Origin: Candidatus Poribacteria bacterium | GTDB lineage: Bacteria > Poribacteria > WGA-4E > WGA-3G | Length of the DNA: 64,000 nt | Reading direction: 5' to 3' | Assembly (NCBI GenBank): GCA_963663765.2 | Contig: CAXXUA010000006.1 | Location: forward strand, 192,001-256,000 | Part shown: positions 1 to 9,350 of the stretch, piece after piece | Layout of the letters: the number at the start of each line of letters is the position of its first letter | Position numbering within the stretch: the stretch's first letter is position 1 | Position numbers and translations under genes: made by a program | The notes under the pieces: model-generated | Databases searched by the model: none | The model's input: the letters and a program-made list of their open reading frames with translations, nothing else | What the model was told of the DNA's origin: nothing

Positions 1-385
1 AATTGAAACTTTATTGCTTTGATTTCTTCGTCACTTCTTACTGGGTTCTGAAAGTCGTTCCCGTTTGAAGGGAATTGAAATTTCGCAGGCACTGGATTGA
101 TTTCGCCAAACATGCAGTTCTGAAAGTCCTTCCCGTTTGAAGGGAATTGAAACTCTCCGAAATATTTTCGGTTGCCTTGGTTATCGGTACGCTGTGTTCT
201 GAAAGTCCTTCCCGTTTGAAGGGAATTGAAACTCGTTATACTTGTCACCCAAGTAGCAGATCGCTTCCTCAAGTTCTGAAAGTCCTTCCCGTTTGAAGGG
301 AATTGAAACTTGAACTCGGAGTCGTTATCAATATGGCACTAGATAAATGTTCTGAAAGTCCTTCCCGTTTGAAGGGAATTGAAAC
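1..385 (+). CRISPR. CRISPR array 1, trailer end (runs off left edge); 5 full repeats plus a partial one, consensus GTTCTGAAAGTCCTTCCCGTTTGAAGGGAATTGAAAC
   Basis: 37-bp repeats at 45, 117, 196, 273 and 349, partial repeat at 1-9, unique 35-42 bp spacers; the 3' ATTGAAAC handle sets orientation. Confidence 0.97.
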
Positions 386-769
386 TTGCCTCTACCCACC
401 GTTAAATTCCGAGTGGCTTGTTCTATATTTAATTGAAATTGGATCGAATAGTTCGCTCACAATCTTAGATGTAGTCCTACATCTCTACCAATAGCGTTAT
501 GTAAAACATTGTTGTTTATTCTTGTGTTAATATTTGTTTTATATTCCTTGTATTTTGTGCTCTAATAGCCTTTGATAAATCCGCTTATACGACGCTAATA
601 TAGGGTTTGGGATACCGATTTTGTGAGTTTGATAAAGGTAAATGTCACGTGTATTGTTGTCAAAAATATTATCCGAAAACTACTCACTCTGGAAGATTAC
701 TGAACTGAAGTCTTGGCTTTGATTTAATGCCAAGTTTTTAGAGATTGTTAGTATGTTGAATATTTCAAG

Positions 770-1190
770 CGAGTGGTATCTGCGTAGCCCGGTGCGTTTT
801 TTACCGTTCTGGTTGAAAGTAAATACTATCCATGGCAGAAGGTTGATCGCCTCACCGATGAGGATCAGGTTGTAGGCAAGTCTATCGCCGGGGCGTATTC
901 CAGTTTCCCCGTGTATGGCGGTTCAAGAACGAAAGGGTGCGATGCAAACGTCTGACCGCGGAGGAACAGGCTATCGTCAAGCATAGGCGTTTCAAAACAT
1001 CTGGAATAGACCACTTATCAAGGAATTGGCAAGTTGTCGCATGCATTAGTATTACCGATATAGGTAGTATCACGAAGCGAATACCCAAATCGACTTGGAA
1101 AACGTTGCCTTTGTAGGGTGGGAGTTTCAGCGAATCTTGGACGGTGTAGGTGAAGCGATAGCGAGCAAATTGGAAATTTCGTGGTATGAA
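770..1190 (-). pseudogene. cas6: Decayed cas6 paralogue
   Basis: Translates NFQFARYRFTYTVQDSLKLPPYKGNVF, matching the N-terminus of intact Cas6 at 12864 (NFRFAQYRLTYTVQEPLKMPTYKGNIF); other frames give RCFETP, HPFVLEPP and NLILIGEAINLLPWIVFTF; frameshifted, no C-terminal half. Confidence 0.88.
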
Positions 1191-1231
1191 ACGGAGTGAA
1201 TTTGCTTTGATCTTCAAAAATTATGACATGG

Positions 1232-2368
1232 TTAGATAGTCGGTTTTAATGGCGTTTTTGAATCCATTGGTTTATTCTTTTCATCTTGGAACCAGTCATA
1301 CTTTGGATAATGAATAGGCTTTCTGGGGTCATCAGTGGCATAGATTAACATGGAACGCAGTTCTCTCATTGTTAAATCCGTACGATCCCGAAACATTTTT
1401 GTCCGTTCGTTGAGTTCCTCTGTAAGGTTATCTTTTTCCAAGATGTCAGTCGCGTTCTTACGTCGGTAACGCGCCATTGCGTCCCCACACAATTCCATCT
1501 TCGTTATCCGAATGTGACTGGAGCCTGTCCCGTGAGGTTTAGCACCCCCTATTTTATGACGAAGCGGTCCCTCTAATACAACTGTATCCTCACCTGCTTC
1601 CCTACCGAGTGCTGCTGGACTAAGCGTGGCGGTAACCTGTTCTTCAAGTACCAAGCAGTAAAGCAGCAAATTGAGTTCGGCATCACCTAGGTTCGTAAAG
1701 TCCACTCTAAATGTGAAACACGTCCCTGGGGGAGCAGGTGTTACGTTGGTAGTTCGTGTGATACCACTATGTGGCTTGGTAAGTTGGGCAGCCTCCGATT
1801 CTGGGTGATGGTGATGGTAGAATTTGCGTCTGTTCTTCTTACCCGGATAAAAAGCAGCATGCTCTGGCTTCGGATGACTGCTGGCGATATTGTACTGTTT
1901 CCATTGACTCATTGGTAATGGTTCTACAGAAATTTCTGCATCACTGAAATGCACCAGACCCGTAAGCGAATTATTCCCATGCCAGTAGCCGAATATTCTC
2001 GCCACAGGATCAAATTGCACGACACCACCACTGGTTTTTCGTGCCTTCGCCAGTTCGTGCTCGCTATCAACTGACATATTTGCAGACGGCACCGTAGCGT
2101 TACCGATAACTTCTGCTAAGGAACGTATTGGACCCTTGAGTGAAGTTGAAGGTATATAGGGTTGTCCATTACGTCGGCGGGTAAATTTAACATTGTTCTG
2201 TTCACCATTACCGATCAACAGTGGGGTTAGTGCCTCAATTTCACACCAGAGACGACCAGAAATTCCACGCAAGGTATGGTGATAATTTGGCACATCGTGT
2301 TCGATAGGTTCATCGCTTACCGTAACCCAACGATAAGGGTTCCAGAAATTCTCTCCCTGTGGCATCAC
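1232..2368 (-). CDS. cas7: Type III-D terminal Cas7-group RAMP protein
   Basis: FWNPYRWV start, IEALTPLLIG, YIPSTSLKGPIRS, RRKFYHH, KIGGAKPHGTG G-loop; lies after csx19. Confidence 0.88.
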   Translation of the reverse strand: MMPQGENFWNPYRWVTVSDEPIEHDVPNYHHTLRGISGRLWCEIEALTPLLIGNGEQNNVKFTRRRNGQPYIPSTSLKGPIRSLAEVIGNATVPSANMSVDSEHELAKARKTSGGVVQFDPVARIFGYWHGNNSLTGLVHFSDAEISVEPLPMSQWKQYNIASSHPKPEHAAFYPGKKNRRKFYHHHHPESEAAQLTKPHSGITRTTNVTPAPPGTCFTFRVDFTNLGDAELNLLLYCLVLEEQVTATLSPAALGREAGEDTVVLEGPLRHKIGGAKPHGTGSSHIRITKMELCGDAMARYRRKNATDILEKDNLTEELNERTKMFRDRTDLTMRELRSMLIYATDDPRKPIHYPKYDWFQDEKNKPMDSKTPLKPTI

Positions 2369-2952
2369 TTTCCTCCCTCAAATGCATCAAGACCACACAG
2401 ACGAACGAAGTGAGGTGCCCCCGCGTTATCGTCCCACTGCTCTACAACAACTTTTACCCGCTCAGGATTACCAGTAATCGGATACCGAAAACGGTGTGGG
2501 ATCCGGAGTTCAATCCATTCGTCTGGCGTTTTTAAGGTCTGCTGCCCCCATAACAGAAAACTCTCTTGATGCGAATGCAACGCCTTCAGTGTATCAGAAT
2601 GGTCTTCCAATACCGGACCTACCCAATCAACATTTCCGATAAAGACCGTCCGCCAGCACAATTGACCCAATACCGGGATCGTCCGCCAACGGAGTTCGCC
2701 CGTTGACGCAAATAACCGACCTGCAGTAGAGCATCTGAGGCAGTCTTGAGTAGACTTTTTTATGGACTCACAACCCGCTCCATACCAACGCAGTTCATTT
2801 TCATCATTCCACCGATCCAAAGTCCAGCCATCAGGAGCCTCCAACCAAATATAACAGAGGTCTGATACAGTATCAAGTTGAAGATCTTTAATGAGATTCA
2901 GAAACTGTTCTTGCGTCAAATCTGCCGCTTTCAAAAACGCAGTCATAATCAA
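2365..2952 (-). CDS. csx19: Csx19-like type III-D subunit
   Basis: 195 aa; GRLF..GELRW, FLLWG, ELRIP and C-terminal FVRLCGL motifs; sits between cas7 genes. Confidence 0.8.
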   Translation of the reverse strand: MIMTAFLKAADLTQEQFLNLIKDLQLDTVSDLCYIWLEAPDGWTLDRWNDENELRWYGAGCESIKKSTQDCLRCSTAGRLFASTGELRWRTIPVLGQLCWRTVFIGNVDWVGPVLEDHSDTLKALHSHQESFLLWGQQTLKTPDEWIELRIPHRFRYPITGNPERVKVVVEQWDDNAGAPHFVRLCGLDAFEGGK

Positions 2953-2957
2953 CGCTC

Positions 2958-3923
2958 CTATTCGTCAGTGGATTTGGACGCTGACACCTCTCCCTGAGGT
3001 CCAGGGTGCCACCCTAAAAAATCCTCAAACGACGGTAAAAGAGGATCCAGTTTTTTACACCAATCAGTACTCAGAACGTATCGGTTCCGCAATCCGCGAG
3101 AATCGCCCTCTGGTAGGTTAATAGCCATAGGTGGTGTCCAATCATGTAAACAATAGTTATCCCGCTCCTCCTCAGTCGCCAATTCGTACAAACCAGCAAG
3201 ATGCTCCACCTCCCTTACATAGGTTAGACAGTAGGCAGGGACGGTAATACGCACGCGCCCAAGCCCCCTACTGCGTCCAGAACCGATGGTAATCATTTCA
3301 TCTTTCAGATCAAATAACAACAGATTCAGTGCCGCCAGTTGCCAGAGTTCAAAGTTTATCAACCTTAGGTTCGCTTTAAATTTTCCGCCGATGAGTACTT
3401 TTAGGTCGAACAAAGCACCCCGTACTGTCCCACCGGTGAAACGATCAATCGCGATGCCATCGCGCGCTTCAGGTGACGGTTTATGATTTGGTAGCGGATA
3501 AGCATCACTGATACTGAACCGCCCCCCAAACTTCAATGAGCCGAACAAACGGCACGCTACGCACGAATCCGCGTAGGCAGTTGAAGATGAATTGGTATTA
3601 CCATCTTGCCGTGAACGAAACCCACACCCAAAAGAATCTTGTTCCGCTGCGATAGGTATCATATCTTTCTTGCTTGGCTTATCATAGTAAGGAATACACA
3701 CGCTGCCTTGTTTCAGAGTACGGGCAATACGTTCCAGATGACTACGGAGCACACCTTTGAGTGATGTACCCGGGAAGTAATAACTGCTTTCACCATCCTT
3801 GAACGTTGATACAGGCACCATTTCAGCATCGTCCAAAGTAGAATAACCACTCTTAATTAATACCGGATCCACTGGTTCAATGATAATTTTTATGTCAGCC
3901 TGACAAAGCCATTTCCGCAACAT
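2958..3923 (-). CDS. cas7: Cas7-group (Csm3-like) RAMP protein
   Basis: YFPGTSLKGVLRS, CVACRLFGS, GIAIDRFTGG, IGSGRSRGLG. Confidence 0.92.
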   Translation of the reverse strand: MLRKWLCQADIKIIIEPVDPVLIKSGYSTLDDAEMVPVSTFKDGESSYYFPGTSLKGVLRSHLERIARTLKQGSVCIPYYDKPSKKDMIPIAAEQDSFGCGFRSRQDGNTNSSSTAYADSCVACRLFGSLKFGGRFSISDAYPLPNHKPSPEARDGIAIDRFTGGTVRGALFDLKVLIGGKFKANLRLINFELWQLAALNLLLFDLKDEMITIGSGRSRGLGRVRITVPAYCLTYVREVEHLAGLYELATEEERDNYCLHDWTPPMAINLPEGDSRGLRNRYVLSTDWCKKLDPLLPSFEDFLGWHPGPQGEVSASKSTDE

Positions 3924-3925
3924 GG

Positions 3926-4759
3926 TTAGCCCTCCTCAGTTTCAGGTGCCGGTTTTAGCTGCCGTTCGATGTGCTTCGTAAAATAGGTCTCCCAATCCCC
4001 CAAATCACTGAAGCGTTCTTTAGCATCTGTTTTGGTAAGGAAATTTACGCGTTGCTTCGAGTCATTCATATCAACACCAGAAAGTTTGACATCTTTTAAG
4101 TGGAAACGTCCAAGACCGCGGCTCGTAAATCCTCCAATGCTGCTACCAGCACACCATTCAAACAGCGCGGCACCGACTAAAGCCAGATCTGCGTCAGTCG
4201 GGTTTTCGAGATCAATGCACAGTTCAAATCGGCTATCTGGGGGCACGACTTCGTAGTCGTATTTAAGGTTGTCTACGGCTGTCTGGCTATCGCGATCAAT
4301 CACCACGCCATCGCGAACCTGCATAACCGATGCCCATTCTTTCAGTTTCCCGTCGCTTAACGACAATCGGCTTGTCTGCACCGCAGAGCCGAACAATTTA
4401 CAAACATCACAGGTGTTATCTTCAATCCATTTCAAGCGAGCCTGTAACCCTTTTTGTAGTGCTTCTTGATATGCTTGACGTAGAACCCCGCTGTAATAGT
4501 TGATGTCACTGGTGCAGCTAACCCCGCTTGCGGCGTGGTTTAACATACATGCACTCAGTCCTAATGCGTGTGACAAAACCTCACAAGTACTCCGCAATTT
4601 ACCCTTGAGAGAGGAACCTGGAAGAATAGGTTGTCCCTTGGAATCAATCATCACTCCCAAATCGCTCGTGGTTTGCCCTTCTTTGCCAGAACCGATCCGC
4701 CATGCGGTGTCAAACACAAGGGACGCTGTAAGGCGAATTTTCTTCTCTAACTGAAACAT
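3926..4759 (-). CDS. cas7: Cas7-group (Csm3/Csx7-like) RAMP protein
   Basis: RIGSG, PILPGSSLKGKLRS, CDVCKLFGS, RDGVVIDRD, IGGFTSRGLG. Confidence 0.93.
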   Translation of the reverse strand: MFQLEKKIRLTASLVFDTAWRIGSGKEGQTTSDLGVMIDSKGQPILPGSSLKGKLRSTCEVLSHALGLSACMLNHAASGVSCTSDINYYSGVLRQAYQEALQKGLQARLKWIEDNTCDVCKLFGSAVQTSRLSLSDGKLKEWASVMQVRDGVVIDRDSQTAVDNLKYDYEVVPPDSRFELCIDLENPTDADLALVGAALFEWCAGSSIGGFTSRGLGRFHLKDVKLSGVDMNDSKQRVNFLTKTDAKERFSDLGDWETYFTKHIERQLKPAPETEEG

Positions 4760-4766
4760 ATTATCA

Positions 4767-5300
4767 CTATTCCTTACTTGGTTGATGCATTTCGATCAAA
4801 GATTTACGATATAAACACTGCGTACAGAAACGTTGAAAAAACACTGGAATGTGCTCGGTTGTCCATTGATTAAGCCACTCGCGCTGACGTTTCCTCAGTT
4901 CATTACGGTGCCTTTGTTCTTCTTGTGTCATGCCCGATTGCCTTGCTGGAATATTTTCTTCACGGAGTTCTTCCGGTAGATGGGCATGTCCCTCCTTGAG
5001 GACCGACCAATCAGAAGTTTGAGCACCACATAAATTTAGCACCAGGGTCCAAAAGTCGATTTCCGCTTCCAATTTCAATTTTGCTGTTTCAGAAGCAATT
5101 TCACATTTGCGTTCAGCGCGTTCCTTCTGGTGTCCGGCAAATTCTGAAACTTTAGCAGGCTGCTGCCGAGCGATTTGGCGCAATCCGTGAATCTGTGAAG
5201 TCTCTACTGGAAATTTAACGGCATTCTGCACTAATGAATGCAGTTCTTTTACTGCTTGATCACGGTAGACAGTATCAGATAATAGGTCAATGAGTCTCAT
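4767..5300 (-). CDS. Helical small protein, putative Cas11/Csm2-like subunit (second copy); start re-called to ATG 5300
   Basis: ATG at 5300 overlaps the upstream TGA (ATGA coupling); helical and charged; SQIHGLRQI motif resembles AQIRNLENI of its neighbour. Confidence 0.6.
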   Translation of the reverse strand: MRLIDLLSDTVYRDQAVKELHSLVQNAVKFPVETSQIHGLRQIARQQPAKVSEFAGHQKERAERKCEIASETAKLKLEAEIDFWTLVLNLCGAQTSDWSVLKEGHAHLPEELREENIPARQSGMTQEEQRHRNELRKRQREWLNQWTTEHIPVFFQRFCTQCLYRKSLIEMHQPSKE

Positions 5301-5737
5301 GAATTTTCCCTCATCTGATCGCGCGCGACCTGATAAAGATATTCGCCGACAACTGCACGCACCCAACCGCGAGCGAGGTGTAGACGCAAAGCCATACGGA
5401 TGTAAGGATCAGCATCCAATTCTTGGCTTTTGTCGCGCAGCTGCTTTAACTGTTGCAGTACCTCTCCCCCTAACGCCTTCCACTTTAGCGGATTCCGCTC
5501 ATCTGTTCTTTCTTTCCCCATCTGGTTCTTAACAAAATCTTCAATGTCCGTAAAGCGCGTCGCGGAGCAGGTGATGTTTTCCAGATTGCGAATTTGGGCA
5601 CTAACTCGGTTTTTACTTTTGTCATAACTGAATTTCTCAAAGAAACGTTTGCCTAATTCAGAAAACGTTTGATGGTTCTCTTCAATGTAAAGATTTACCT
5701 CTTGGATTAACTGGTCATTCAAGACAATCACGCTCAT
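5297..5737 (-). CDS. cas11: Cas11/Csm2-like small subunit
   Basis: 146 aa, helical; SAQIRNL...DIEDFVKNQMGKE...W pattern; directly after csx10. Confidence 0.75.
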   Translation of the reverse strand: MSVIVLNDQLIQEVNLYIEENHQTFSELGKRFFEKFSYDKSKNRVSAQIRNLENITCSATRFTDIEDFVKNQMGKERTDERNPLKWKALGGEVLQQLKQLRDKSQELDADPYIRMALRLHLARGWVRAVVGEYLYQVARDQMRENS

Positions 5738-6975
5738 TCCTCCTGATTGCGAAACTGACGATGGAAATCGTCCGAGATGATTACTATACCAAAACCTTCA
5801 TTGCGTCTCAACCCCACACCATCTTTGGATAGTGTCATAAGTTTTTCCAAGAGTGTCTCGCGTTCTTCGGCTGTTCCTCGGAAGCAATAAACATAGACAG
5901 AGCCACGTGCCACACCCCATTCATCCTGACGCGGCAAACCCTGTGCTGTGTTCCAGCCATGTAGATGCTCATGCCGAGTTGCGGCAGCGATCCAACCGAC
6001 CGTGCCACCAAATGAAGGCTGGAGCGTCAGGCGATTTTCTATCGGAAACGCGTCATCCACAGAGGACATAGACGACAACCACGGAATCATAGAAGCCGGA
6101 TCAAGACTGTAGCGCAAAAACTTGTCCACGAATACAGCACCCGTCGGAAACGATAGACTAAAATAAAAATCCTCGGAATCAAGTCCAGGAACAGAGAAGG
6201 GTTGGTTACTGAGAAAATCAATCAAGTCAAGACTCCATTTCTTCCAACGTTCCGGATGCGCCTGCGAATCGTCCGAATCATCGACTTCACCTAATGTGAT
6301 ACGCATATCTCCGTAGCCGCGGGTGCGGTGCTGTCCAACGGATATACGATAATCTTCTGATTCCAAGAGTTGCTTCAAACCAACAAGTGCATTGTCATCT
6401 GCCATAAACCAGCCGTATAGGTCTTCTGCTTGATCTGAAGGCAATATGGATTCGGGCGTATACAATATGGATTCCGCTGCGGTGACAGTGTGTCGATCAA
6501 TGCCAACATGCGTAGCAACGTGGTGACGGTTGTCGCTCATCTCTTGTAAACTGCTGTTTGCCCCTTCATTCCAAAAACCCGCATATCCTTTCAAGTCAAG
6601 ATCGCATGCTTTACATTGTCGCCAGTCAACGCCTACATCTTTTGGCATACGACCAGCCATATAGTGTTGGGCAGTCCGATACCACAGTAGGTCCACCAAA
6701 GCATGCTCTCTCCCTTCACGCTTGCAGACAGCCGCAGTCAATGGTGAATTTTTCCTTCCCGGATCCAACGGACCAAATCGGCATGAAGCCTCATTCAAAA
6801 ACAAGCTCCTGAAAGTCTCATCTACTTCTCCATGGTGTTGCAAGTAGATCGTCGCCATCCCGCCACGGACCGCTGTACCGGTTATGTAACGTCCACCTTC
6901 GGCATGTTCGGATTTCCAGTCACTTTTAATAACCACCGGCGAAAGCAGTTTTGCTGTTATCCCTATTTTTTTCAC
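5734..6975 (-). CDS. csx10: Csx10 (Cas5-group RAMP), type III-D signature
   Basis: YITGTAVRGG, HVGIDR, VGQHRTRGYG and a second G-loop GVGLRRNEGFG. Confidence 0.88.
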   Translation of the reverse strand: MKKIGITAKLLSPVVIKSDWKSEHAEGGRYITGTAVRGGMATIYLQHHGEVDETFRSLFLNEASCRFGPLDPGRKNSPLTAAVCKREGREHALVDLLWYRTAQHYMAGRMPKDVGVDWRQCKACDLDLKGYAGFWNEGANSSLQEMSDNRHHVATHVGIDRHTVTAAESILYTPESILPSDQAEDLYGWFMADDNALVGLKQLLESEDYRISVGQHRTRGYGDMRITLGEVDDSDDSQAHPERWKKWSLDLIDFLSNQPFSVPGLDSEDFYFSLSFPTGAVFVDKFLRYSLDPASMIPWLSSMSSVDDAFPIENRLTLQPSFGGTVGWIAAATRHEHLHGWNTAQGLPRQDEWGVARGSVYVYCFRGTAEERETLLEKLMTLSKDGVGLRRNEGFGIVIISDDFHRQFRNQEE

Positions 6976-7730
6976 GCAATTGGCTCCTCACGCAACATTT
7001 CCAACATTAGACCCCATCCATCAGGTTCATCCTTGAAACTCTGAAGAGCTTCATCTGATGAAATGTTTTGACTGTTCCAACACAAAGAATCCTCTTTGAG
7101 CAGGATCTCACATCGACCTAAGCCAATACTTTTGTCCCCACCTAAGGTGTCGAGAGACAATAGCGCGGCGATTAAAAGCGCGTACTCGTATGGAAATCCA
7201 CCTTTATACTGCGTCAGAATGTCTGCCGGATGCCGGGCGCGAATAGCCCCTTGAAGGTTCACACCACGCTCCGCAAACTCAGTTGTGAACAAGTGCTGTT
7301 CTGCTACTGTTCCTGTGACGCGATCCAAGGCTGTCCGAGGTTGAACGGAAGTAATTGCTTTATCTTCTGGTGACACGGGTTTCGCATTCGTTACAAACAG
7401 ACATTCCCCTTGGTAACGGCTGCCGAACAACCGATCCACTACCAAACTCGACTCCGCCAGCGGCTTAAAATGCTTTACCAGTTTTTGGTTATCTTCTTTT
7501 ATGCCGTCGTGTGGGTTAACCGCTTCAAGACCTAAGGCAAAAGCAAATCGTTCGCATTGATGGCGCAGAACACCCTTGATTTGAGAACCCGGAACAAAAG
7601 GGGATCCATCAACGCCGCCCATGCGCTGCAACAATCTATTCGTTGCCGCTGACTCGTAGCCACTCCCGACGTGCCACCGTCCTTGCCAAACGATGTGGTA
7701 TTCCAAATCCAAACGTTGGGGCTTCTTCAT
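6972..7730 (-). CDS. cas7: Cas7-group (Csm3-like) RAMP protein
   Basis: HVGSG, PFVPGSQIKGVLR, RLFGS, TALDRVTGT, LGGDKSIGLG. Confidence 0.92.
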   Translation of the reverse strand: MKKPQRLDLEYHIVWQGRWHVGSGYESAATNRLLQRMGGVDGSPFVPGSQIKGVLRHQCERFAFALGLEAVNPHDGIKEDNQKLVKHFKPLAESSLVVDRLFGSRYQGECLFVTNAKPVSPEDKAITSVQPRTALDRVTGTVAEQHLFTTEFAERGVNLQGAIRARHPADILTQYKGGFPYEYALLIAALLSLDTLGGDKSIGLGRCEILLKEDSLCWNSQNISSDEALQSFKDEPDGWGLMLEMLREEPIA

Positions 7731-7745
7731 AGATCGGACTCCTCT

Positions 7746-9350
7746 CTACTCAGGAAATAAGCGATGGGCATCCACCAGATCCGCCACACAGAGCAACCGT
7801 TGATCCCCATTTTCAAACCACGGAAAGTTAAAACTGTATCCTTCCGGACACAGACGCTCTACCGCCTCCCACAATGCACGCCGTTGGGATCGATCTCTCC
7901 CATGCCGACAGCGGGCAAAGATGTCACAAATACGCCATTCCGCCTGACTTTCCGATGATGCCAAAGCGACTTCTTGTAGTTCGTGTAACTTACTGCGTGG
8001 AAACATAACCGCGTCCAGTTCTTGTATACTCGTCCGTAATGTCTCCAATTGGGAGCAAGACATCGGGCGAAGTGTGCGGCGCGCGTCGGTAAGTATATGA
8101 TAGGTATCTTCACGCACCTGTTTAAGGGCATAACTGTTTGCACTAGCCACAATATGAAAATCAATGCGAGCACGGTCTTGTTCAGAGTGTTGCTGAGTAT
8201 AGGTGTCCTGTCGTTTGGCGTTCTTCAACAGTTGCTCTGCTAAATCAAGTGCCAGATAGAATGGATAGTTGCTTCTCGCAACAGCAACACCACAGGAAAT
8301 CGTGAAACCCTGATCGCCAAGTCTATCGCGGAAAAATTGCCTCTCAGCATCTGGAAGGTCAGCGATTTTTGCTTTCGTCAAACGTTCAAACGCGTTTGTA
8401 ACCCTCAAGGCAAAATCAAGGGCGCGGTCAGCTGGCACTGCGACCAACAAATCATCACCACCTAAGAGTAAAATGTCGGCGGGGAGTGGCTCAGGATACA
8501 CCTGTTGTTCAAAAGCTTCTTGAACTTTGTTAATTTCTGATTTCAGAACCTCGTTGAGGGAACTGAAACATGCTTCTCGTATGCTTTCATCAACGATTCT
8601 GCTAAATTGGCGGAACGTCTCTCGTTGATCGATTGCCTGAACAAATTTCCCCATAGCGTTTCCATCAGCATAAACGACACCAAGATAACCGTTCCACGAG
8701 GATCGATCTCCGATCTCTGTGATACTCTGACATCGTAATTCCTGCCAATCTTCCTCTGCTAACCACGGTCCGGTACGGGCTAAATGCGCCATCCACCCGC
8801 TCCAAAGTCCATAGTGCCGTGTCCTACGTCCTTCTTCTGCCTTTTCATAACTCGATTTGGATAATATATCACCGTTTCGACCTATACAAGATGCTGGCAA
8901 ATCCGAAGCAGATTCACATTCCATCATGATTGGAATTAGCGAGCTACTCCGATGACAGGTTGCGAACTCACGTTGGCAGCGCAACTGAAAATGTGCCATT
9001 CGTGCTGCCTCCGAATAGGATGCGTCATCTTTAAATGGTGCAATACCGTAGACAACACCTACTTCACCGCCTGTCTGCTCACGGATATAGCGAGTCATGC
9101 TTTCACAGGCTGCTTTGATTGTTGTAGCATCTGACCTATGAACTAAGAACTGTGCTGACCCGCCATTGGCATAAATCTTGTCCACATCTCCTATACTGGG
9201 GTATTCGTTCAAACACTTTTCCATCTCGGATCGGTTCAGCCAATCTAACCGAGCACTTGCACCTCGTATCTCATTCAACGGATCAGTACCAAATACATAA
9301 TTCTTGATAGAAGGGATGTCAATTACAATGACAAATGATTCGTTGTTCAT
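7746..9350 (-). CDS. cas10: Cas10, no HD domain, intact cyclase palm
   Basis: IDIPSIKNYVF, EIRGAS, YANGG, YADGNAMG, LLLGGDDLL; 534 aa with no N-terminal HD domain. Confidence 0.95.
   Translation of the reverse strand: MNNESFVIVIDIPSIKNYVFGTDPLNEIRGASARLDWLNRSEMEKCLNEYPSIGDVDKIYANGGSAQFLVHRSDATTIKAACESMTRYIREQTGGEVGVVYGIAPFKDDASYSEAARMAHFQLRCQREFATCHRSSSLIPIMMECESASDLPASCIGRNGDILSKSSYEKAEEGRRTRHYGLWSGWMAHLARTGPWLAEEDWQELRCQSITEIGDRSSWNGYLGVVYADGNAMGKFVQAIDQRETFRQFSRIVDESIREACFSSLNEVLKSEINKVQEAFEQQVYPEPLPADILLLGGDDLLVAVPADRALDFALRVTNAFERLTKAKIADLPDAERQFFRDRLGDQGFTISCGVAVARSNYPFYLALDLAEQLLKNAKRQDTYTQQHSEQDRARIDFHIVASANSYALKQVREDTYHILTDARRTLRPMSCSQLETLRTSIQELDAVMFPRSKLHELQEVALASSESQAEWRICDIFARCRHGRDRSQRRALWEAVERLCPEGYSFNFPWFENGDQRLLCVADLVDAHRLFPE

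Noticed and set aside
419-440. Possible anti-repeat or tracrRNA-like sequence
   Set aside because: Same orientation as the repeats and only a short match; type III with Cas6 needs no tracrRNA. Treated as a possible degenerate repeat.
303-494. 63-aa ORF at the end of array 1
   Set aside because: Spans a repeat and the trailer; no RBS or recognisable motif.
5301-5366. Longer start for the 4767 ORF (MGACSCRR...)
   Set aside because: Overlaps the upstream gene; the ATGA-coupled start at 5300 is more plausible.
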